The notes under the pieces were generated by a model, which was not told the origin of the DNA, made no database searches, and saw nothing but the letters and a program-made list of their open reading frames with translations. From positions 631,627-695,626 of the forward strand of contig JAHRHZ010000150.1 in assembly GCA_024137785.1 (NCBI GenBank): 64,000 bases of DNA. Direction: 5' to 3'. This document shows, in pieces, positions 26,443 to 39,699 of the stretch (position 1 is the first letter of the stretch; each line of letters starts with the position of its first letter). This stretch comes from Ginglymostoma cirratum (Eukaryota). Made by a program: the position numbers and the translations under genes.

Positions 26443-27353
26443 CTAAGTACTTTCTTTATTCATTAATTTAATAACTGATGTGATTGGATATTTCACTACA
26501 CACCAAACCTGCTCTCTGAACTTGGACTGCGTCACACCATAAATAAATGTATTTGTGCAGCAACTTAAATTCCTCAACATCCACCCAACTTCCCGAAATA
26601 CGTATTCGGAATCACTGTACTCCCACGGATTTAATCCTTTTACGTTATAGTATATGAACTCTATAACATACACCAACCACAGAATTATGAAGGTGCCAGA
26701 TATGGTGAAGAGTAAAATCACAGACTTTCTTCTGTTCTCCATTTCAGGATCACTGGGACTCTCTCTCGTGCTCTGACCCCTCAGTCCTTTGCGGACACGA
26801 CTGGCGACTAGAATGTGCCTGACTGTCAGAGCGTTGAGCAACAAAATTAAAGAGAATGGAAGCAATGGTGTTAAGATCCTGTCAAGCCAGGCAAATGTTA
26901 CCCATCCAGGTTCAGTATAATAGACTGGCTTTCGATAACAGAGCCTTGGTACATTGTTGATTATAACCCATGGTTGATATGTAAAGTACTGAGGGATGTT
27001 TTTTAAACAAGACAGAATAGTGGTTGCTGCGAGAAATGCTGCTGAAGTTTTCTTCGTGCAGTATTTTGTTTTTAACTTCTGACAGCAAATTGCCACAAAT
27101 CGATCGAAGGAGAAAGTGACAGTGAACCAGACAGAACAGTCTGTGGCTGCTCGGAGCAAGACATCGTTAACACTGCACACAGGTGTAAGCTCAAGGAATG
27201 ACCCTGGGAAATAATAATAATTGATACGCCACAATATGACCTCAGTGACAATGACCAATAGATCTGCTGTTGCCATGGCCACCAGGTAACGAGCTGTGCA
27301 AGTTGAGAGGCCACACATTCCACGAGACAAGATGACAATTCCCAGGAAGTTAA
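26443..27353 (-). CDS. GPR139/GPR142-like orphan class A GPCR, exon 2
   Basis: Acceptor ttttcactcttacag; phase-1 join gives VNFLGIVILSRGMCGLSTCTARYLVAMATADLL...FSFDRFVAIC...LTPLLPF...ENRRKSVILLF...NLSCCTNTFIYGVTQSKFREQ; open to stop at 26443. With exon 1 the protein is 325 aa with seven hydrophobic segments. Confidence 0.93.
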
Positions 27354-27544
27354 CTGTAAGAGTGAAAAGAGATATTAAAGAGAAAAGCTAGATATTATTG
27401 AACAAATGTACTCCATGCCTGAACCCATGACTGATTTATTCTGTTTGAAAGGCTTAACTCTGACCAGCAGCATTTATCATCTGATCTCATACTATCGAAA
27501 TATCGCATCTAAACCTCGGAGTTATGCATCCTCAGAAGTATTTT

Positions 27545-27785
27545 CATTACTGGAAAGGTTTTGAACTTCAGGATTTTCTGAAGCTGGAAGGTCGGGTTGG
27601 GGGTGTGGGAGAGGAGTTTGGTTTGTTCTGTTATCCAATTCTGACTGCCACTTCAACATACCACCTTGTCACATGGCCAACATCTTGGTCTCAGGCTTAC
27701 TGCAGTGCTCCAGTGAAGCTCAGGACAAAGTTGGAGAACAACACCTCCCAAAATGCATCACCCTACATTTATCTGGATTAAATAT
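27545..27785 (+). mobile_element. Decayed Penelope GIY-YIG fragment (GPCR intron)
   Basis: Resembles PLE ..VSGLLQCSSEAQ.KLE.QHL. Confidence 0.55.
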
Positions 27786-28088
27786 GATTTGCTATTTCTC
27801 CACTCAACGTTTCAGTTGATCTATGTAATCCTGCATCATTTCACATCCTTCCTAACTGTTCACAATGCCACCAATCTTCGTGTCATCTGCAAAATTACTA
27901 ATCAGACCATCAACAATTATCAAAATCACGTACTTAAATTATAAACAGAATTCACAGTACTCTGATCTGTGAAAAACCACTGGCCACCAACCTCCAATTA
28001 GAAATATATCCCTCCATAACAATGCCCTACCTTCTATAACCTAGAAAGTTTTGTATCCAACTTGCCAAACACCACGCAGTAAAATGGA

Positions 28089-28230
28089 CAAGAAGCGATT
28101 TCTGATGAAGGGTTTAGGCCCGAAACGTCAAGTTTTCCTGCTCCTATGATGCTGCTTGACCTGCTGTGTTCATCCAGCCCCATGCTTGTTATCTCGGATT
28201 CTCCAGCATCTGCAGTACCTTTTATCTCTG
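28089..28230 (+). mobile_element. Family A Penelope mini-element with intact hammerhead core and 15-bp TSD, inserted in a CR1 fragment
   Basis: TSD acgcagtaaaatgga at 28074-28088 and 28231-28245; gattt-CTGATGA-a-gggt-ttag-gccc-GAAA-cGTC-aagtt. Confidence 0.9.
28097..28134 (+). ncRNA. Minimal type I hammerhead ribozyme (Penelope family A)
   Basis: CUGAUGA 28102-28108, stem II GGGU/GCCC, GAAA 28122-28125, palindromic ACGU stem III, GUC cleavage triplet, stem I GAUUU/AAGUU with wobbles. Confidence 0.75.
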
Positions 28231-30025
28231 ACGCAGTAAAATGGATTGTGATTTAACCTTCTGGACCAAACTACCAGGACGAACCGGATCAAATGCCTTA
28301 ATAAAGTCCATCTTGACAACAGCCACTGTTTTACCCCCAGAAACCTTCTTTGCCTTTGGTTTCCCTTGTGCGAATATTTGTAACCAGAGGGCATAAAATT
28401 CCAGCAAGAGCCCACTCATTTTAAGACAAATACAAGGATGAATTTCTTTACTCAGAGTATAATGAATCTGTGGAGTTCCCTACTACAGAGGACTGTCGAG
28501 GCTGGGTCATTCAGTATATTTACAGCAGGGATGAGCAGATTTTAATTAATCAGGGAAACAAGGGTTACATAGCAAAGACAGAAAAGTAGAGTTGAAGGTT
28601 ATCAGATTAGCCATGATCTCGTTGAAGGGCAGAGCATTCTCGATGGGCCAAATGGCCAAATTTCACTCCTACGTCACATGGTTTTAACAGGGGCAATAAA
28701 CGAAGATCAGACCCAGCTATTTCTAAGTGTCATACGTTGTAGAGATGGACACCCTTGCTTGAGTTTGTATGCAGAATGACTCTTCCCTGCGTCTGTTCCA
28801 AATTAATTCCAGTGCCATGCTTTGTCCAGATCGACAAAAATCAAAAGTTATCACTTCAAGTTTTTCTCTCTCTCTCTCCATCTATCGTTTACTCCTTACC
28901 CCTACCCTAACCCTGTGTGCTGCACTAAAAAAAGACATTTTTTCGTCCTAACTACCATCAATTCTCATTAACGGTCACCTGACACGAAACGTTAACTGAT
29001 TCATCTTCATAGGTGCCAAACTTGCTGAGATTTTCCAGTAATTTCAGTTTTTGCTTTGTTTGTTTCTGACTTGTGGATAACAACGAAAAGTGAAAACTCC
29101 TGACAGGGTCTGATTCAGCGCTCAGGCACAGTCAAGGGCATTGTGTAAGCATCTATGAGATTCCACAACCAACGGAGCAGAATGAAAATCTGCAGTCGTG
29201 CCGTAGCATTCGTGATTTGTCGTGGACATTTGAATCACAATATAAAATGAGGTGGATTCACAAAAAAACCCCTCCATCCTCAATGACTATGAAGCAAGCA
29301 CAGCACTTTAAAATATGAAGCTGAAACATTTGTAAATTCTTGCGGACAATAATATCGATATCTAAGGAAGAAGGTACTTAACACTGAGGGAGTACAGCGG
29401 AAGTTCACTAGGCTGAAACCGGCGATGAGAGGACTATTTCATGAGGAAAGATTGGCACAAATGGAGCTTCTGAACAGGACTAGACTGACTAGATGCGGGG
29501 AGATGTTTCCCGTGGTTAAGGAGTCTGGGACCAGGGGTAACTATCCAGGATATAGGGTAGACCATTAAGAACTGAGCTGACGAAAATGCCCTGATCCCAG
29601 CGTCTACACTGCCAGACATACCTAATAAATGTGAGCAACTGAGATCAGGCGTTTTTCTCCAGTTTGTGACCGATACTCAGTCCGACACCACTCTTACAGA
29701 TAATGCCAATATTTTCTAAATTTTCTAACTCAGCAGTGAACCAAAGTCTTCACTGACAGAAATTTCTGCAACTGGTTCTGCAATTGATCATGAACAGCGC
29801 AATAAACAAGAGAACATATGGCATCCATGAGACATCAAGAGCAAAAGATAAACTTAAGAACACATGGTAATAGGATTGAATATTCTTTCATTCTCGTCAA
29901 AGAAGTAGTGACGTTGGTCTCGTTCGCGTATACTTTGTACACAGTAACGATTACCTGTCAGAGCAGAAAATCACAAAATTTGGACCCCACATATTTACAC
30001 AACTCGAAGGTGAGTAATGACTTAC

Positions 30026-30092
30026 CAGGAACACCAATAACAGCAAGAATTGCATAATATATTTTCAGCCCGTATTGCATTGGGAAATGCAT
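30026..30092 (-). CDS. GPR139/GPR142-like GPCR, exon 1
   Basis: ATG at 30092, MHFPMQYGLKIYYAILAVIGVP-g then consensus donor gtaagt; supplies the TM1 start missing from the ORF track. Confidence 0.9.
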
Positions 30093-30099
30093 TTATATT

Positions 30100-30200
30100 A
30101 CAAGGTAATCGATCCCTTAGTACTGTAGGCAATACAAAATACTCCGCAGTGATATTCTCCTCAACCATTCATTTATTCCCTTTGGAAGGCCTCCCAGAGG
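30100..30200 (-). promoter_or_regulatory. Putative GPCR core promoter (TATA-like gggaataaatgaatgg)
   Basis: ~80 bp upstream of the ATG; homologous block (ggtatagatgaaagg...caatatca...attgcct) upstream of the pseudo-exon at ~20375-20440. Confidence 0.45.
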
Positions 30201-31464
30201 TAACAAAGGCAACAGCTTTCAATTTTTTTTTCCAAAAAAACAAAATGGAGAAACGTATTGCAACACTCAGTTAATTCCTGTTGGAATTGAATTTATTTAA
30301 CAGCGAAACTCGATCATTTAAATTATCTCACTTTCAGCAAATAACATTTGCAACCAATATTAAACCAGCAAGTGCGCTGTCCATTCGTTGTCCTATCTCT
30401 TCCCCCATATTAGATCTCATACTGTCTCTGCATTGCCTTTTATTCGTTTGTGGCCATTCAGTAATTAAATTTTAAAATGTTACACCGTTTCTCAGGGCTA
30501 TTATACTGCAGCCTGACGTGTAATGTCCCTCCAAAACACTGAAAATTCTGCTATTAAAGTATTTTGTTTGTAGCTATGCTATGCAGAATTTTGCTAATAT
30601 ACAAGCCTAAAGCATTCGAGCATCGCAAACAGACGCAGCAAACACTTCAGTCTAATGAAGTGCCACGCACGCACACACATATTCTCTCTCTCTCTTTCTC
30701 TCTCCCTCTCTCTCTCACACACACACATAGACACACACACACACAATATGCTCTGTTGTATTGCTATTTAGTTCGACTGTATGCCAAATGGTGGAAGTAG
30801 CAAGCATGCAGTACAGCCAGCTAAGACCATATGTCCAAAAGACCAAGAAACAACAGTCAGCTATTCCGCGCAGTAAGTCTGCCCCATCATTCAGTAGGAT
30901 CATGGCTGACCTGAATTTCCTCAAGTCCACTCTCTGGCCCTTTCACTTTAGCTCTAAGTGGTCCCACAACCAGCAAATCAGATATCAACTCTGCAGTCCA
31001 TCTGGCACGCCTCGTCTCTTTCTCTGTCTCTGTCTCAGCCCTTCATTCACACACATCATTCTGTCCCTCTCCCTCACACCTTCTCTCAGACCTTGTCCCA
31101 CAAACTGATCACCACTCTGAGAACCTCTCTCACACGTGCTGTTCACCCACTCATAAATTCGCCCCACCCTTCCAAACTTTTTTAAAAAATTTCCCTCTTC
31201 CATTTATCTAGGAATCCTGTCTCCATCTCTAACCCTCGAGCATTTATCTGCTGAATTTTATTTGTTTTTTTTTGCTCCTGTAGGTTTGCCTAAAATCTCT
31301 CAATCCTCGTTAACTGCACAGATTATCATCGAATCTGTCTTCAAAATAAAATTAGCTTTTCATCATTCAGCGCAATCCCTCCACAGAAAATATGTATCTC
31401 CTTGGACAAGGCGAGGAAACTCTACATGATAATCCAGGTGAACTCTCACCTAAGCTCCACACAA

Positions 31465-31675
31465 ATGAAGGGAGTGCTGTACAATCGGAGGATCAGGACT
31501 GAGATAGTACTGCGTTGTTGGGGGATCAGTACTGAGAGAATGTTGCTCTGCTGCAGGGTGAGTACTGACAAAGTGCTGCACTGTCAGAAGGTCAGTACTG
31601 AGATAGTACTGCACTGTCAGGGGTCAGTACGAAGGGAACACCGTACTCTCAGTGTTGAGGGATTAGTACTGAGTT
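31465..31675 (+). repeat. ~40-bp tandem repeat (gtgctgcactgtcag.gggtcagtactgag)
   Basis: About five degenerate units; unit resembles a SINE-internal segment. Confidence 0.8.
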
Positions 31676-32389
31676 AATTTCATTAGAGAATTTTAATTTA
31701 CTTTGATTGTTCATTCAATGGGGAATTTCTGACAAAACCAGTATATTTCGCCCAATTGCCCTCTTCGTGAGTGGCTTTTGAACTGAACCACACAGTGGTG
31801 GGTCTGCAGCCTTATGTAGTCCACTCTCCAGTAGGGTAATCAGTGAACCAGAGAGAGGTAATACGTCAATCAACGTTACTTTCGTGGTCTCCAGTACTTC
31901 ACCCCTGCCTTCTCTTCTGGGAGTGACCTTCAAATTCTCATATGTATCTGTGCCAAGAGGATTGAGCTGAATTCCCATTGAAGTGACATATTGCCAGGTG
32001 GAAAGAGAATTAAAAGTTACACAGAGTTGCCTCCAAGCCATAGGGAAAGTACAAGTCGGGAGAGCTTTGATGGGAGTTATTTCAGATGAACAAATTTGAA
32101 TTTATGAACGCCTTCCACACTGTCATTGTTTCTTGTTCAATGATGAATGAATGAAAAATGTTTATCTTCTTGTCTGCAGTTAAGATTGATGAGAATGTAA
32201 TTAGGTGACAGCAGATGGACTGAGCTAGATGACTATACAGAGTTGTTGAGGGTGATTGTGTGATCGACTCTGCAGTGGTTTGTTGAAAACAATGCTATAA
32301 TCTACAGATTCAATTGCCAACATGTAAAACAATGAATTCGTATGAATCCTTACAAAACCAATGAGTTTTACATTCCAGATTACAGTTTC

Positions 32390-33010
32390 AAGATAGTAGG
32401 AACTGCAGATGCTGGAGAGTCCGAGACAACAAGATGCAGAGCTGGATGAACACTGCAGGTCAAGCAGCATCATAGGAGCAGGAAGGCTAACGTTTCGGGC
32501 CTAGACCCTTCATCAGAAATGGGCTGGAGATGCCGGCGCATTGCTGTGAGTGTCTGTTTCGGGAGTCACAGGGAGAAACACTTCTCAATGTTCTGAATGT
32601 AGATATTGTCACTGTTGGGGCCATATTGGGAAGGCTTGAATGTGGATTGTAGTCCTTTGGGGATGATCTGGTTCTGTAGGCAGGTACTAAGAAAGGTGAT
32701 GTGGCTGTAGTACCTGGTTTGCTTCAGGACATGGTCGAGCAGTTTCAAGACCGAAGAGATTATGAGAGAGTTGCAGTGGGAGAGAGATCCCCTGAGGTTT
32801 GTCCGGAGGGAGGAGGGTAACTTCTTCAGGGTAGGCATCCTTAGAAGAGGCTTCGCAGTGGGGTTAAAATTGTATCAGAGATAGTAGGAAATGCAGATGC
32901 TGGAGAATCCAAGACATGAAGGGTCTAGGCCCGAAACGTCAGCCTTCCTGCTCCTATGATGCTGCTTGGCCTGCTGTGTTCAGAATTTTAATCTCTGCAC
33001 CTTGTTGTCC
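32390..33010 (-). mobile_element. Internally deleted Penelope element: inverted pLTR piece + 5'UTR/ORF N-terminus + pLTR with hammerhead
   Basis: ORF 32838-32566 (MPTLKKLPSSLRTNL...HVLKQTRYYSHITFLSTCLQNQIIPKGL) sits between family A pLTR copies; hammerhead core at 32487-32520(-); ccagatta on both flanks. Confidence 0.8.
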
Positions 33011-33651
33011 CAGATTATGGTTTATTCCCTTTGACCTCAAATTTACAAAGCAGACTGAGAGAGATATGATAAAATGTGCCTTTAAGAGAGATATGGCTGC
33101 CCTGGTTCACTAGAAGAGACGTGTTGTAAATCTGGTACTTAGCTCCATGGAAAGCAACTTAAAAAGCTTTGTTTTTAATTTAACAATAGAAGCATGAGTG
33201 TGTGAAGTCAGGCTCAGACAGACCCGTGGTTTTAGTTTTGCTTTCAGTTGTTGAAGACGTAGTTTTGGGAGGACGGAGGAGCAAGATACAGCTCTCTCCA
33301 CAAGTTGAAGTTTATTAATTCAAAGGTAGTTATCTCAGGAATGCTACCAGCGCCACTAGCTATTTCAGAGTGGAAACAGCAAAATGCATAGGATTGACAC
33401 ATACGAGAAAAATTGGTGTTTGTGGAGGGTTTCAGATTCATGGGACATTGTGACTGGTTCCAGGGGAGGTGGGTCCTGTGCAAACTGGATGGGTTACGTG
33501 TGGGTAGGACCAGGACTGATGTTTTGGAGGCATACTTCGTAGATTCATTGGAGAGGGTTTAAACTACTGAGGCAGGGGGATGGAAACCAGAGGAGTAGGG
33601 TAGTAATTACAGAAATTGAGGGAGAGGTGGAAACCAAGGCAAAATTCATTA

Positions 33652-33970
33652 GGGGAGGCGATGGCCTACTGGTACTATCACTGTACTGTTAAGCCAGAGA
33701 CCCAGATAACATTCTGGCAACCAGGGTTCGAATCCTGCCACAGCAGATGGTGGAATTTGAATCCAACAAAATATTTGGAATTAAGACTTTAATGATGACC
33801 ATGAATCCATTGTGGACTGCTAGAAAAAAACGTCTGGTTCACTAATGTCCATTAGGGAAGGAAAAGGCCATCCTTACCTGGCAATGGCCTACATGTGACT
33901 CCAGACCTATAACAATGTGGTTGACTTCGAATTGCCCTCTGGGCAATTAGGGGTAGGCAATAAATGCTGC
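33652..33970 (+). mobile_element. Near full-length Deu-domain SINE (SacSINE1-like) inserted in CR1
   Basis: A-box-like gatggcctactggt, B-box gggttcgaatcc, Deu-like core, 3' ggcaataaatgctg. Confidence 0.85.
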
Positions 33971-36550
33971 ATCAATATGAATAAAGGAATGAACAAGAAC
34001 AGGCAGGGAAACAACTGTAAAGAACAGGGAATGTGGTCTGAAACGAATGTGTTTCAATGCAAGAAGTATAATAGGCAAAGTAGATGAGCTTAGAGCTTTG
34101 GTAAGTCCTTGAAACTATGGCATTATTGCAATTACAGAGACTTGGCTGAAAAAAGGCCAGGTCTGGAAGCTGAATATCCCTGATTTTAGATGTTTCAGGT
34201 GTGATAGAAAGGGAGCGAAAAAGAGGTGGGGGAGTTGCATTACAGGTAAGGGAATATCTCACAGCTGTACTGAGCGAGAATACATCCAAGAACGCGTGCA
34301 ACAAGGCAATATGGGTAGAATTCAGGAACAGGAAAGGCGAAATCACAAGCTGAGGGTATACTATAGGCCTCGAAACAGCCATCAGGAAATCGAGGAGACA
34401 ATATGTAGACAGCTTTTGCAAAGTCGTAAAAACAGCAGGGTTGTTGTGGTGGGTGATTTTAACTTCCCCTACATTGACTGGGATTCAGTATGTGCTAGGG
34501 TCTTGGATGAGGCTGAATTTGTAAGAACCATTCGGGACAGATTCTTGACTTAATGTGCAAACAGTCCAACCAGGGAAGGGGTTATACTGCAACTGGTTTT
34601 GGGAAATGAACTCGGCCAGGTGAGTGAAGTTTCAGTGGTGGAGCATTTCAGAAGTGGTGATCATAATACTGTAAGTTTTAAGATACTCATGGATAGGGAT
34701 AATAGCAATCCTCGGGTGAAGGTGTTAAATTTGGGGAAGGTGAACTACAACAATGTTAGGCAGGCCAAGGAGAACTTTGATTGGAGGCGGCTGTTTAAAG
34801 GTAAATCTGCATCTGACTTGTGAGCATATTTCAAATGGCAGTTGATAAGAGTTCAGGAGTGGCAAGTTCCTGCAGGGGAAAGAATAGGTATGCAAGTTAT
34901 GTGAGCCATGGCTGATCAGGGATGTTATGACCTTGGCCAGAAAGAAAAAGGAAGCGTGCATAATGTCTAGGAGGATGCAAACTGATGACATCCTTGAAGG
35001 AGATAAGCAAAATAGGAAAGAAGTAAAACAAGGAATTGGAAAGTCTAAAAGGGATCATGAAGTATGGTCAGCAAACAGGATTAAGGAGAATCCCAAGGCG
35101 TTTTAGGTACATATAAAATATAAGAGGGTAGCCAGAGAAATGATTGGCCCACTCAAGGGCGAAGGAGGGAATCTATGTGTGGAATCAGAAGATGTAGGTG
35201 AGGTCCTAAATGAATATTTTGAATTGGAATTCACCAAAGAGAAGGAATTGGTGGAGAATGATTTCAAGGGAGGGAGTGTCGAGTTTCTAAGCCAAGTTGC
35301 TATTAAAAAGGTGTTGTGCGACTTAAAAGGCATTTAGGTAGATAAATCCTTGGGACCTAGTGGGATCTATCCCAGATTGGGGTGGGGGGAGCGGGAAGGT
35401 AAGAGAACAAACTGGTGGAGCATTGACAGACACCTTTGTATCCTCTTTGGCCATGGGTGAGGTACCAGAGGGCTGGAAAATAGCCAATGTTGTCCCCTTG
35501 TTTAAGAAGGGTAGCAGCCATAATCCTGGAAATTACAGGCCTGCAAATCTCACATCAGTGATAGGAAAATTATTGGAAAAAATTCCCAGGGACAACATCT
35601 ATATGCATTTAGAAGCAAAAGGATTTATTAGCAATAGCCAGCATGGTTTTTGTGCAGGGGAGGTCGTACATTACTAACTTGGTCAAATTTTTGGAGGGGA
35701 TGACAAAGGATATTGATGAGGGGAAAGTGGTTGATGTTGTTTACAGGGACTTCAGTAAGGCCATTGACAGGGTACCTCATGGCAGACTGGTACAAAAGGT
35801 GAAGTTACATGGTATCAGGGGTGAGCTGGCAAGATGGGTAAAGAACTGGCTTGGTCATAGGAGACAGAAAGTAGCAATGCTTTTTTGGAATGGAGGGCTG
35901 TGACGAGTGGTATTCGACAGGAATCAGCGCTGGGATCTCTGCTGTTGGTGATCAACATAAACGATTTGGAGGAAAACGTAGCTGGTCTAATTTGTAAGTT
36001 TGCGGATGATCCAAAGATTGGTGTAGATGTGGATAGAGAGGAGGATTGTCAGATGATACAGCAGGATATAGATCAGTTGGAGGCATGGGCAGAAAAATGG
36101 CAGATGGAGTTTAATCCGGACAAATGTGACATGATGCATTTTGGAAGGGCAGTGCATGTGGAAATTGTATGGCGAATAGCAGAAGCCTTGGGGGTATTGA
36201 TGTGCAGAGGGATCTGGGTGTACAGATTCGCAGATCACTGAAGGAGGCAACGGAGGTTGATAATCAACCAAGTTAATAAAAAAAGGCTTATGCTATGCGT
36301 GCCTTCATCGGAAAGGGCATTGAGTTTAGGGATAGACAAATCACGCTGCAGCTTTATACAACTGTTGTTTGGCTATACTTGGAATATTGCATATAGTTCT
36401 GGTCACCACACAACCAGAAGGATGTCGATACTTTGGAGAGGGTACAAGGATGTTGCCTGTTATGGGGGATTTTAACTATGAAGAAAGGTTAGATAGACTG
36501 TTTATTTTCACTGGATTACAGGACGCTGAGGGGCAGCCTAATAGAATTTT

Positions 36551-36656
36551 GGATAACAAGCCTGGGGCTGGATGAACACAGCAGGTCAAGCAGCATCATA
36601 GGAGCAGGAAAAACTTGACGTTTTGGGCCTAGACCCTTCATCAGAAAATCTGATAA
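36551..36656 (-). mobile_element. Family A Penelope mini-element with 11-bp TSD
   Basis: TSD aatagaatttt at 36540-36550 and 36657-36667; hammerhead GAAA mutated to AAAA. Confidence 0.85.
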
Positions 36657-37239
36657 AATAGAATTTTATCAGATTGTGATAGACATGGATAGAGTGGAAA
36701 GTATGAGACATTTGCCCACTGCAGAGGGGTCATTTACTAGGGGACACAGGTTCAAGGTGGCATGATGGGAGTTTAAAAGAGATGTGCGAGGTAAGCTTTT
36801 CGCACATAGGGTGATGAGTGCCTGGAACACGCTGCTAGAGGAGGTGGTGTAAGTAGACACAATAACTGCATTCAAGAAGCACCTAAATGAATACATGAAT
36901 AGGAATGGAATAGAGGGATATGGATCCTGAAGGTGAAGATAGTTTTAGTATGGAAGGGGAAAATGTGTTGGCAAATGCTTGGAGGGCTTTAGGGCCTGTT
37001 CCTGACCTGTAGTTTTCTTTGTTCATTGCTTTCTGTTCTTTGTTTATTGTTATTTGTTCTCTCTGTTGATGCAACAAAACTTGAGATCTCTTTCTGCTGG
37101 TAGATTATTTCTTTCAGTATTTTGTTCTCACAGATTAAGGTGAAGACATTGCATGTGTCGCTGAATTTTCTCTTGCCAAGTGTGTGTTAATGGGATCCTG
37201 CAATATTGAAACAGTTGATTTGAGCTGATGTGAGTAAAT

Positions 37240-39520
37240 TTTATTTGATTATATTTGATTTATTGTTGCCATATTTACTGAGATACGATTGAAATGTGTT
37301 GTTTTATGTACTGTACAGGCATATTTTGTGAAAAAAAATCATCAGGTGGCAGAACAGAGTAAAGATTACAATGTTACAGTCTCAGAGAAAATGCAGAGAG
37401 GAAGAGAACAACATTAACATTTGAGAGGTCCATTCAAAGACTGACATGGGGCTGGCTGGGGATGGGTGAGTGCGGGAGGGGACGGAGCTATTATTGCGTC
37501 TGTTCACACGTGTTCAAACTTTTCTATCTTTTCTCTGACAGAAGAGGGTGAAAGAGAATCTAACCGGAGTGGAAGGGTCTTTGATTATATTGGTTGCTTT
37601 CCTGAGACGGCTGCAAATGAAGCTGGAGTCAATGGGAAAGAAGGCTGCTTTGAGTGATGGACTGGACTATGTTCATAACTCTCTGTCGTTTTTTTATGGC
37701 CTGGGGAGCAGCAGCTGCCCTACCATGTTGTGATGAATCCAAGTAAGATGTTTTCTGTTGTGCATCTATGACAATTGGTAGTAGTCTTTGTGAACATGCC
37801 AAATTTCCTTAGCCTTCTAAGGAACTGGAGGCATTTCTATTCTTCCTTGAACATTGTGTCGACATGGATGAACCAGGACAGAGAGTTGGTGACCATCATT
37901 CTCAAGAGCTTGACGTTCTCAACTATCTCCACCTCAGTAGCATTGATGCAGATAGAGGCGTGCCCTCCACTCTGCTTCATGAAGTCAATGACCAGTTACA
38001 TTGTTTTGCTAATGCTGATGGTAAGATTGTTGGTTTTACACCATGCTGCAAAGCAATCAATTTCTTTCCTGTACTCCGTCTCATCATTGTTTCAGATCCA
38101 GCTGACAACGGTGATCTTGTCAGCAAACTTGTAAATGGAGTAACGGCGGGATTTGGCCAGACAGTCATGAATGTATAACAAGTATATATTAGAGTGCTGA
38201 ATGCGCAACATTTCAGGGCACTAATATTGAGGACGATGATGGAGAATGTGGAGTCCTTATTCTCACTAATTGCAGTCTATAGTTCAGGAGGTAGAGAATC
38301 CAGTTACAGAGTGGGGAGCTGAGGCCAAGGTCTCGGAGTTTGGAGACGAACTTTCATGGGAATATGATGTTGAAGGCGGACGTAGTCAGTAAAGTCGGAG
38401 CCTGACATAGGTGTGCTTGTTATGCAAATGTTCCATAGATAACTATCGGGCCGAGGAGATGTCACCTGTCATGGACCTGTTGCAAAGGTCAGCGGGAGTG
38501 CAAAGGATGAAGGCAATTTCTGAGCCTGGAGTTGATGTGAGCCACGACTACCCTCTCGAAGCACTTCATAATTATGGAGGTCAGGGCCACCAGTCAGTAG
38601 TCATTGAGGCTGAATGATTGTTCTTTGGCACAGAGATAGCTGGTGGTCTTCTTGCACCAGGTGGGGATTTCAGATCGAAGTAAGGAGAGGTTAAAGATGT
38701 CAAGGAATACTCCTGCCAGCTGATCAGCACAGCATCTGAGTACAAGGCTGTGGTATCCATTCAGGCCGTTCGCTTTCCGTAGGTTCACTCTCAAGAAGGC
38801 CAAGTTGAAGTCTGCAGCAGTGAGCCCGGTGCAGGTATATTCGAGGCTGTTGGAACACGTGGCATTGCTTCACTGACCTTTTGTTCAAAGTGAGTTTAGA
38901 ATACATTGAGCTAATTGGGGAAGGATGCATTGCTGCCCGCGATTCTGTTCAACTTCACTACGTAGCCTGTTATGTCGTGTAAACCTTGCCGCAAACCATG
39001 AGAACCCGTGTGATTAGTCTGTATCTCAAGCTTAGATTCGCATTCTGTCTTGGCATCTCTGATGGCCTTGTGAACGCTGTACCTGGATTTCCTGTATTGG
39101 TCAGGGTCACCTGAATTGAACACCTCAAGCATGGAATTTGGTAGGGAGAGAATCTCCCAGTTTGTCCATGGTTTCCAGTTGGGAAACATTTGGATTAACT
39201 TCATTAGCAGGCAATCTTAGACACACTTACCAATGAAGTCTGTAACAGTAGTGGCGTACTTGTTTCAGTTAGCCACTGAGTTCTTGATGGTATACCTGGT
39301 GGTGGACTCTAAGCAATCATGGAGAAGCCCTTCCGTTGCATCAGACCAAGACTGCTCTATTTTCTGTCTGTATCCTCATGCTTCAATTTATGCTTGTAAG
39401 CTTGGGGGAGGAGCACAGCGCTGGGAACTGATTTTCCAAAATACTGACAGTGAATGATAATGGTGGGCATCTTTGATGGTTTCGTCGTAATAGGCAATGA
39501 TGATCAGACATCTGGTCAGA
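37240..39520 (-). mobile_element. Rex1/Babar-clade LINE (decayed)
   Basis: RVNLRKA.G..G...VLRCCADQLAGVFLDIFNLSL...KKTT...LNDY; PNWKPW; KFADKITVV; QYRKSRY. Confidence 0.85.
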
Positions 39521-39699
39521 CAGAAGACTTGTTTGATGCTATTTTGATAGCTGATGAGTAGTATTTAGATAATGTATTATTTTTATTTAGTGTTTCAATT
39601 GAGTTAAAGTTATGGCAACTATTTTATTTGCAATCGCGACTGGAATGCAGCATTTGCTGAAATACTTGCCTGTAAATAAGATAAAAGTTAGGGTCTAAG

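Larger units (their letters stand above)
33330..37030 (+). mobile_element. Long decayed CR1 LINE (ORF1 esterase end, EN, RT, tail)
   Basis: GFRFMGH..DG, CFNARSI, VYYRP, VVVGDFNFPYIDW, VPEGWKIANVVPLFKKG, DFSKAIDRVPH, CKFADDPK, WAEKWQMEFN. Confidence 0.92.

Noticed and set aside
31465-31675. Regularly spaced repeats suggestive of CRISPR
   Set aside because: Vertebrate DNA, tandem units without unique spacers, no cas genes.
33652-33745. tRNA-like A/B boxes
   Set aside because: Head of a SINE; no complete cloverleaf.
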